Notes under the pieces: generated by a model | Told to the model about the DNA's origin: nothing | Seen by the model: the letters and a program-made list of their open reading frames with translations, nothing else | The model's database searches: none | NCBI GenBank assembly: GCA_963663765.2 | Contig: CAXXUA010000005.1 | Span: 448,001 to 512,000 of the forward strand | Length of the DNA stretch: 64,000 bases | From: Candidatus Poribacteria bacterium | Lineage (GTDB): Bacteria > Poribacteria > WGA-4E > WGA-3G | Direction of reading: 5' to 3' | Made by a program: the position numbers and the translations under genes | Shown here: one piece after another, positions 1 through 7,009 of the stretch | Numbering within the stretch: the stretch's first letter is position 1 | Layout: the number at the start of each line of letters is the position of its first letter

Positions 1-653
1 GCTAAAAAGTGTTCTTTTTTACTGAATGCGATGTCAAAGACATCTTGTATATCTGGCTTTAGGGTTTGGATGAGTTTACCTGTTTCAAGATTCCACAGTT
101 TGATGTTTCCATCTGCACCACCACCATTTGCAAGGATTCTACTATCAGAGCTGAAAGCAATACCGTCGATTTTGTCCGCATGTAGGATTCTTATAAGATG
201 ATCTGTGTTGGGTTTCCAGAGTCGAATTGTCCCGTCTGTGCTTGCGCTTGCAAGAAAACTTCCATCTGGACTAAATGCAACATCGGTGACTTTGTTTGGA
301 TGTGCTTTGAAGGTTCTCAATAGTCTTCCGGTATTTGGATTCCAAAGATTTATAACTTTTTCATCTGCACCTCCGCTTACGAGTATATTTCCATCAGGAC
401 TAAATACAATTCCTCTCTCTGAATTTGCTTGTAAGGTTCTCAAGAGTTGACCGGTATGAGGATTCCATAGGCGTATTGTTGAGTCAGCACTCTTAGTCGC
501 CAGCATATCACCATTGGGACTGAACTCCACAGATTTTACATAGTCCGTATGTCCTGTAAGTAATCTATCAGGGTCATCTGCAGCCATAGTTATCGATAGA
601 AGAGAGAGACTAACCAGAAAGATTATAGCGATAATAAAGGTATTGATTTTCAT
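1..653 (-). CDS. Secreted WD40-repeat protein; 3' end runs off the window start
   Basis: Not in the ORF track. Minus-strand translation from ATG 653: MKINTFIIAIIFLVSLSLLSITMAADDPDRLLTGHTDYVKSVEFSPNGDMLATKSADSTIRLWN..., with repeated FSPDG..LAS..DGTIRLW units. Confidence 0.9.
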   Translation of the reverse strand, partial: MKINTFIIAIIFLVSLSLLSITMAADDPDRLLTGHTDYVKSVEFSPNGDMLATKSADSTIRLWNPHTGQLLRTLQANSERGIVFSPDGNILVSGGADEKVINLWNPNTGRLLRTFKAHPNKVTDVAFSPDGSFLASASTDGTIRLWKPNTDHLIRILHADKIDGIAFSSDSRILANGGGADGNIKLWNLETGKLIQTLKPDIQDVFDIAFSKKEHFL

Positions 654-723
654 AAACAGTGTCTCCATGAGTCTATAGTTAACAAACTTAGAATACCACT
701 ATTCAGTTCAATATATGGAAGGA

Positions 724-797
<74 letters not shown>

Positions 798-810
798 AGT
801 TTGAAGAATT

Positions 811-885
811 TGGAGGTGGCGGTCGGAATCGAACCGACGAATAGGAGTTTTGCAGACTCCGGCCTTACCACTTGGCTACGCCACC
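811..885 (-). tRNA. tRNA-Cys(GCA), CCA encoded
   Basis: Reverse complement GGTGGCGTAGCCAAGTGGTAAGGCC-GGAGT-CT-GCA-AA-ACTCC-TATTCGTCGGTTCGATTCCGACCGCCACCTCCA. Confidence 0.95.
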
Positions 886-892
886 GAAAGAA

Positions 893-964
893 AGCGGGAG
901 ACGAGATTTGAACTCGCGACCTCCACCTTGGCAAGGTGGAGCTCTACCACTGAGCTACTCCCGC
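893..964 (-). tRNA. tRNA-Gly(GCC)
   Basis: Reverse complement GCGGGAGTAGCTCAGTGGTAGAGCT-CCACC-TT-GCC-AA-GGTGG-AGGTCGCGAGTTCAAATCTCGTCTCCCGCT. Confidence 0.95.
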
Positions 965-975
965 ATAGATATTTA

Positions 976-1276
976 CAGCGTATCTCATCAATACGATTTA
1001 TTTTCAAATTCACCGGATCACGTGTTGAGTAAATCGGGGTTAGAAACCCCTCCTACCATTTATGAGATAGGTTGTACAGCGTATCTCATAAATACGATTT
1101 ATTTTCAAATTCACCGGATCACGTGTTGAGTAAATCGGGGTTAGAAACCCCTCCTACCATTTATGAGATAGGTTGTACAGCGTATCTCATAAATACGATT
1201 TATTTTCAAATTCACCGGATCAATTGTTGAGCAAATCGGGGTTAGAAACCCCTCCTACCATTTATGAGATAGGTTG
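976..1276. repeat. Three tandem copies of a 99-bp MITE (family D) separated by TA
   Basis: Units 976-1074, 1077-1175 and 1178-1276, period 101. Ends are CAGCGTATCTCAT...ATGAGATAGGTTG, with internal hairpin GGGGTTAGAAACCCC. Confidence 0.9.
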
Positions 1277-1308
1277 TATTGTATAGAAACTCCAGTTAGA
1301 GCGTATGT

Positions 1309-1337
1309 ATTTTAACATGTATTTACAAGGATGTCAA
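1309..1337 (-). promoter_or_regulatory. Sigma70-type promoter of the tRNA operon
   Basis: Minus strand TTGACA-17 nt-TAAAAT pointing toward the tRNAs. Confidence 0.65.
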
Positions 1338-1353
1338 ATTAATTCTTTTTTAT

Positions 1354-1535
1354 GGGTGTGTAAAGTTTTTGTAGAAACCCAGATTTTAAAAGAAGTCCGT
1401 CCAGTTTCTATCAAAGCTTGCTTGACGTTAGGGAACTGTGGACATCGTAGGGGCGAGGTCTCCTCGCCCGCGTAAAACTTCTGTTCAGGCGGGGAGACCC
1501 GCCCCTACGCACAGTAACCAAAACTTTACACACCC
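1354..1535. mobile_element. MITE family B (TIR GGGTGTGTAAAGTTTT) carrying a pair of GTAG-type REP hairpins
   Basis: Terminal inverted repeats. Internal GTAGGGGCGAGGTCTCCTCGCCC and GGCGGGGAGACCCGCCCCTAC. Homologous copies at 56441-56623 (inverted) and ~30766-30897 (partial). Confidence 0.8.
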
Positions 1536-1661
1536 CCATTTCAATTAGACATTGAAATAATTATAGTTGCGTGGTATAATTCTGATGTTTAAATTAACAT
1601 TGAGAATCGCAAAATGAATTCTAATCCTTAAAAATAAAAGAGAGTTGAGGACTCTGATTCT

Positions 1662-2594
1662 ATGAAACGAGTAAAGATCACCGGAGTTGAGCAAGAGATA
1701 TCGCTGCTAATTCTGGGAACAATGATGTATTCACCCGCACAATATGAACATAGCACAAATATGCTTGATACGTTCTTTGATGCAGGTGGAAATGCTCTTG
1801 ACACAGCACACATCTATGGAGGAGGGAATAGTCAAAAGTTAATCGGTCTCTGGATGAAGGAACGTGATAATCGTACAGAGGTGTTTTTAATAGATAAAGG
1901 AGGTCATCCACAAGGTGGAATTCCAAATCGTGTATCCCCCGAATACATAAAACAAGACCTTGACGAAAACTTGAAACGTCTTGAAACTGATTATATTGAT
2001 CTTTATATGCTACATAGAGATGACATCAATATTTCTGTAAGTACTATAATTGATTATTTGAACGAAGAGATAGACTTAGGACGAATCCGGGCTATTGCAG
2101 CATCTAACTGGACACCCAAGCGTATTGTTGAAGCAAATACTTATGCAAAAGAAAACAAACTAAACGGTTTCGTTGCATGTAGTAACAACATAAGTCTTGC
2201 AGTTCCAATGGAACCTATGTGGGGAGGATGTGTTAACGTAGACGATGATGCAAGACGATGGCATATTGAAAGCCAATTTCCTCTTATGCCGTGGTCATCA
2301 CAAGCACGAGGTTTTTTCAGTGGTGCATTCACACCTGAAAAACGTGACAATGGAGATATGGTACGGGTCTATTACAATGACGACAACTTTGAGAGACTTT
2401 CACGTGCTAAAAAGATAGGCGAAAAATATGGATTCTCTCCTATACAAGTATCTCTGGCGTATAGTCTAAATCTTCCCTTTCCGATTTTCCCTATTGTTGG
2501 TCCAGCGAATTTAGATGAGATGAATTCTTCACTTGGTGCATTGAATCTTGAACTTTCAGTTGATGAAATGGCATGGTTAAACCTTGAAACATAA
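1662..2594 (+). CDS. Aldo/keto reductase
   Basis: LILGT, DTAHIYG, LETDYIDLYMLHRDD and PWSSQARG motifs. Confidence 0.9.
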   Translation: MKRVKITGVEQEISLLILGTMMYSPAQYEHSTNMLDTFFDAGGNALDTAHIYGGGNSQKLIGLWMKERDNRTEVFLIDKGGHPQGGIPNRVSPEYIKQDLDENLKRLETDYIDLYMLHRDDINISVSTIIDYLNEEIDLGRIRAIAASNWTPKRIVEANTYAKENKLNGFVACSNNISLAVPMEPMWGGCVNVDDDARRWHIESQFPLMPWSSQARGFFSGAFTPEKRDNGDMVRVYYNDDNFERLSRAKKIGEKYGFSPIQVSLAYSLNLPFPIFPIVGPANLDEMNSSLGALNLELSVDEMAWLNLET

Positions 2595-2630
2595 TAAAAT
2601 CATCCTTAAATCTAAAATTGCAGGTAATAA

Positions 2631-3740
2631 ATGAAAAACACATTTTTTGACATAAAACTATTTTTGCTACTTACGATACTAACCTTTAGTACTTTGCATT
2701 CAACTTTTGCACAAGAGAGTTGAGGAGCGTGAAGCAATCCCGCAATCCCTCGGAGCGGGATGGGTGAAGTCAGTTTGACTTCAGAAGATAAGAAATTTCA
2801 GACTTCTGTTAGTATGATGAGATGGTATGACGCGAAAGGCGGACACTTTGAAGATGAAGGTGTTTTCATTGATGGAAATGGAAACAGAACAATCGGTACA
2901 GTTCCAAATCACCGACATCATGTTACATTAAACGTTTATAGGATTGATGTCAGTTTAAAATACCAACTTGCTCCTCTATGGTCATTAGAAGCAAATCTCC
3001 CATTTGAGTCCAAAGTCCAAGAAGCCATTGTTGAGAAACTTGATGGTGTTGACTATGACGATAGACAATGGGCAGCGATTGTAGAGAATGGACGTATACA
3101 TCATCGTGATGATGCCTACACAGGTCTTACTGATTCAGAAGTTTTTCTTAGTCATTATAGACTGGGTGTTATCACAGAAAATGATTTCTTGATGGGACGA
3201 ATCGGTATGTCAATTCCTATTGGTAAAACTGAAGAAGATCCTTGGGAACTTGGCGAAGCCGGACTTGAACATCTACATTTACAATTTGGAACAGGTACTT
3301 TTAACCCTATCATAGATTTACACTACAATCTACCGATATATCAAGGAATAGCAGCGCACACCAGTCTTCGGACAAAACTACCGTTTTATGAGAATAGCAA
3401 AACATATCGGGGCTCCAGAGAACTTACATATACTGGGGGGTTGAACTATCGTTTAAATAAGTGGTTTGCTTTTCAAGCGGGTTATCTTGGTATATATCAG
3501 CCTTATGCGTATTGGGATGGTGAAATAGATAAGAATACAGGTTTGCTTTTTGGGATGGCATCTCTTGGGACGTCTATATCAACCCCATTTAACGTTCCCT
3601 TATCCGTTACGCTCATGCTTCCGCTTCATCAAAAAACGCTATATGATGATAGTGAGACTTTAGCTGATACCAATTATGAGGAAAGTGACGCATTTGAATT
3701 TGGTCCATTAGTCTCAATGACCGTCTTATATTCATTTTAG
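2631..3740 (+). CDS. Predicted selenoprotein (UxxU), outer-membrane beta-barrel/transporter-like, 369 aa
   Basis: ATG 2631 is in frame with ORF 2760-3740. It reads signal peptide MKNTFFDIKLFLLLTILTFSTLHSTFA, then QES-TGA(2721)-GA-TGA(2730)-SNPAIPRSG. Hairpin at 2737-2761. C-terminal ...VLYSF. His clusters. Confidence 0.8.
2737..2761 (+). promoter_or_regulatory. Putative bacterial SECIS element
   Basis: ATCCCGC/GCGGGAT stem, or ATCCC-TC-GGA-GC-GGGAT, immediately 3' of the two in-frame UGA codons. Confidence 0.65.
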
Positions 3741-3827
3741 GTTCTTACTTGTGAACCATCCGTTAGTTCCAGAGACTTAATCACAACTTTTCCAACACAA
3801 GCATTTGCGGACAACTATAAAGGTAAA

Positions 3828-4268
3828 ATGATAGCACAAAGCAGAGGAGTCCAAGTTTTTCAGGGAGTAATTAGTATAATTTTGGGTGCTGTCAGTGTTC
3901 TCTTAGCGGTTATGTTAAGTAGATCCGCTTACTCAACAGCGACACTTTTCACCTTTTTTGTAGTTGGATTGACACTCATTTTTTCTGGTGACTACCTTGT
4001 TAACCCTTTTGGTATGCCTGTAAATACTTTCAAGCAACAACTTCTCAGTGAGATGTGCCTGATCGCCTATGGCACATTTTACTTGAATATTGGTATATCC
4101 CGTCTTTTAAAGCCCTTGTTAATGTTCAACATTTCCCACTATTTACATCCTGTCTGGATTCGACGGGGGATAAGTACAATCGGTATATTGTTAATCATTG
4201 GAGGTGTTTACGGGATTTACCAATTAAGACGAACTGAAGGGATTGAATCCTCAGCGGAAGAATCATAG
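3828..4268 (+). CDS. Hypothetical membrane protein (~4 TM)
   Basis: Four hydrophobic segments. Confidence 0.65.
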   Translation: MIAQSRGVQVFQGVISIILGAVSVLLAVMLSRSAYSTATLFTFFVVGLTLIFSGDYLVNPFGMPVNTFKQQLLSEMCLIAYGTFYLNIGISRLLKPLLMFNISHYLHPVWIRRGISTIGILLIIGGVYGIYQLRRTEGIESSAEES

Positions 4269-4300
4269 TAAAAGAAAAATATCCAAAAATAGCAGGTGAT

Positions 4301-4606
4301 TCATCGTGCGATAATGACTGCATAACGAAGTGGTGTTTCTCCGATATTCTGTATACCGTGTAGTATCTGACAATCAACATGCACAGCCTCATTTGGACCT
4401 ATAAGGTGTGTCTGCTCACCGTATAGGACTTCTCCGTCACCAGAAAATACGTAGAAAATTTCTTGACCGTCATGTGTGTGTGGTGGATGTGCGCGTTGCC
4501 CCGGTCCAACTTCGGATATATGTAAACTAAGTTGTTCCCTGTTTGCACCCTCTTCAAGAATATACCTATCAATGCCTTTGATATCAGTTCTAACTTTATC
4601 TACCAT
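4301..4606 (-). CDS. Cupin domain protein
   Basis: HPPHTHDGQEIFYVFSG...HGIQN cupin metal motif. Confidence 0.9.
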   Translation of the reverse strand: MVDKVRTDIKGIDRYILEEGANREQLSLHISEVGPGQRAHPPHTHDGQEIFYVFSGDGEVLYGEQTHLIGPNEAVHVDCQILHGIQNIGETPLRYAVIIAR

Positions 4607-4628
4607 TGTAGTGCCTCCTGTATTTTAT

Positions 4629-4750
4629 CAGGACTTACGCACCCAACGGTAGGCGCGCTTTGTAAGCGCGCTGGAAACCTAAAAAATGCTGAAAATTACA
4701 CCATTTTCGTCATAATTCTTCATCAAATCATGAAAACTGCGTAAGTCCTG
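4629..4750. mobile_element. MITE family A (122 bp, TIR CAGGACTTACGCA, 5-bp TSD TTTAT)
   Basis: Perfect 13-bp TIR and TTTAT on both flanks. Confidence 0.9.
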
Positions 4751-4806
4751 TTTATAATACTATTACTTCCTTGAATTCATGTCAAGTATAAAGAAGAATA
4801 AAGTTC

Positions 4807-4964
4807 CAGGACTTACGCACCGAACGGTAGGCGGGGAATGCCTAAATGGCATTCATACCGTTGATTTGGTGCTTTGTAAGCGCGCTGGAAACCTAAAAAA
4901 TGCTGAAAATAACATCATTTTCGTCGTAATTCTTGACTAAAACATGAAAACTGCGTAAGTCCTG
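4807..4964. mobile_element. MITE family A with a 36-bp micro-element inserted at 4833-4868
   Basis: Same TIR, TSD AGTTC, length 158 = 122 + 36. Confidence 0.9.
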
Positions 4965-5001
4965 AGTTCTTTACTTTCATAGAAAGGAGAGTTATTCATT
5001 A

Positions 5002-5328
5002 ATGTCAGAAAGAGAAATTCCATACCAAGACATAACAGGTCAACTCATTCTACGTGACCACCTTGCAGCAGACAGAACAATTCTTGCTAATGAGCGAACC
5101 CCCCTTGCCTATATCCGTACCGCCTTAACGTTATTTGTGGCAGGATTGTCTTTCGTCCATTTTGATATTTTAAATAGACCTGTGTTAGATGGCATAATTG
5201 GAAGTTTATTCATGATGATTGGTGCCATAACATTTTTTCTTGGACTATATAGATATAACAAAATGAAATCTTTAATTCGCGAGATCAAGCAGAAAGAATC
5301 AGCGGAAGGAATCACTGATGAAATTTAG
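5002..5328 (+). CDS. DUF202/YidH family membrane protein
   Basis: RDHLAADRTILANERT.LAYIRT motif. Confidence 0.85.
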   Translation: MSEREIPYQDITGQLILRDHLAADRTILANERTPLAYIRTALTLFVAGLSFVHFDILNRPVLDGIIGSLFMMIGAITFFLGLYRYNKMKSLIREIKQKESAEGITDEI

Positions 5329-6343
5329 AGAGGTAGTTGTAACTGGACAAAATCAGGTTGAACTGCAAACCGGTGAATTTGATGATTCAAATCTTTCACC
5401 GAATGAAGTTCTTATAGATACAGAATATACATTTATTAGTAGTGGTACAGAATTAGCGAACTACACTGGAAAAGAACCGAAAGTAATTCAGAAAGGCACT
5501 TGGTGTGCGTATCCGTGGCGATCTGGGTATGCAAATGTAGGGATTGTCCGGGATGTAGGAATGAATGTAAACAGCGTTGTTCCTGGAGATCGTGTCTTTA
5601 CCTATGGACGGCACGCTTCAACCATCAGGTATTTCCAAGATAGGCTCATTGCTCCTGTTCCAAACACAATTGACCCTGCAGTCGTTGCTGCATCCCGCAT
5701 GGCTGGGGTTGCTATGACAGCAATTATCGTAGCAGAAATCAATATTAACCCGTGTGTTATTGTTTTTGGTTTAGGACTTGTTGGTAATTTGGCATCACAG
5801 ATGTTTCAAATTCAAGGGTGTCAAGTCATCGGAGTAGATCCTGTGAGAGAACGACGAGAATTGGCAGAACGATGCGGTATCACGGATACAGTCAGGGGTG
5901 ATGCTGATGAAGTGCAAGCACAAATTCAAGCACTTACAAATGGTGGACTTGGTAACATCACCGTTGATGCTGTTGGACATAGCAGTGTCGTCATGCAAGC
6001 ACTCCGTGCAACTGCAAACCATGGACAACTTGTGATACTCGGATCACCACGTGTTTCTGTTACTGATGATTTAACTACACTTCTCTCCGATATACATCTA
6101 CGTTGGATAACAATACGAGGTGCCTTGGAATGGTGTGTTCCTATGTATCCAGAGATTGGCAGCCGTCCCTCCCAATACAGCAAACAACAGACTATTTTCA
6201 ATTGGATTCAACGGGAACAATTGGATGTTGAATCTTTGATTTCGCATCGTCTTAAACCTGAGCAAATAAAAGAAGCCTATGATGGTCTTCTTAACGCACC
6301 CAATCTATATACTGGTGTAGTATTAGATTGGACAACACATTAA
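5318..6343 (+). CDS. Zinc-binding alcohol dehydrogenase (MDR) family oxidoreductase
   Basis: ISSGTE, GYANVG and GLGLVG Rossmann motif. Confidence 0.85.
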   Translation: MKFREVVVTGQNQVELQTGEFDDSNLSPNEVLIDTEYTFISSGTELANYTGKEPKVIQKGTWCAYPWRSGYANVGIVRDVGMNVNSVVPGDRVFTYGRHASTIRYFQDRLIAPVPNTIDPAVVAASRMAGVAMTAIIVAEININPCVIVFGLGLVGNLASQMFQIQGCQVIGVDPVRERRELAERCGITDTVRGDADEVQAQIQALTNGGLGNITVDAVGHSSVVMQALRATANHGQLVILGSPRVSVTDDLTTLLSDIHLRWITIRGALEWCVPMYPEIGSRPSQYSKQQTIFNWIQREQLDVESLISHRLKPEQIKEAYDGLLNAPNLYTGVVLDWTTH

Positions 6344-6359
6344 GGTATTAAGAACTTAT

Positions 6360-6481
6360 CAGGACTTACGCAAAAAAGGTAGGCGTGCTTTGTAAGCGCG
6401 CTGGAAACCCATAAAAACGCTGATAATTGCATCATTTTCAACATAATTTTTGATTAAATCAAGAAAACTGCGTAAGTTCTG
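6360..6481. mobile_element. MITE family A (TSD CTTAT)
   Basis: CAGGACTTACGCA...TGCGTAAGTTCTG, 122 bp, CTTAT on both flanks. Confidence 0.9.
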
Positions 6482-6545
6482 CTTATTATATGTGCATATA
6501 TGTGAAGTTGTAAAAGATGATAAGAAATCATCACAGGAAATTTTC

Positions 6546-6574
6546 TTGAAAATTGCTACAATCTATGATATAAT
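6546..6574 (+). promoter_or_regulatory. Sigma70 promoter of rpsO-pnp
   Basis: TTGAAA-17 nt-TATAAT upstream of a strong AAGGAGGT RBS. Confidence 0.6.
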
Positions 6575-6678
6575 TAGTCTTAATATATATTGTAAAAATC
6601 ATTGGTAGAACAAAAGTTAACTCCGTTGTGCTTTGTTTTATCTATAGCAATTCTAACAGAAAAAGGAGGTGAAGTAGA

Positions 6679-6969
6679 TTGGCAATTGATGCAGCAAAGA
6701 AGAAGGAATTGATTCAACAACATCAAATACATGATCGAGACACCGGTTCACCAGAAGCACAGGTCGCAGTATTTAATGCTCGTATTAAGGAACTGACAGA
6801 ACATTTTCAAACGCATAAAAAAGATCACCATTCACGATATGGACTTTTTCGATTGGTAGGGAAACAACGTCGTTTGTTACGTTATCTCTACAAGAAAGAT
6901 GTCCCACGGTATTATCGTTTAATTAATGAACTCGGAATTCGCGACACAATCGGTGTACAAAGAAGTTAA
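6679..6969 (+). CDS. rpsO: 30S ribosomal protein S15
   Basis: DTGSPEAQVA...HKKDHHSRYGL. Confidence 0.97.
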   Translation: MAIDAAKKKELIQQHQIHDRDTGSPEAQVAVFNARIKELTEHFQTHKKDHHSRYGLFRLVGKQRRLLRYLYKKDVPRYYRLINELGIRDTIGVQRS

Positions 6970-7009
6970 AAATCCGCCGTAAGCATTTAGGAAATGAGGA
7001 GGAAATTGA

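Noticed and set aside
811-885. tRNA-Sec to accompany the selenoproteins
   Set aside because: The anticodon is GCA with a short variable arm, so it is an ordinary tRNA-Cys. No selA/B/C/D is visible in this window, so the Sec machinery remains unverified.
850-1129. ORFs 850-1032 and 872-1129
   Set aside because: They are antisense to tRNA genes and run into tandem repeats.
6600-6665. S15 autoregulatory leader RNA
   Set aside because: Only a weak AU-rich hairpin is visible. Plausible by position but not supportable without a covariance-model search.
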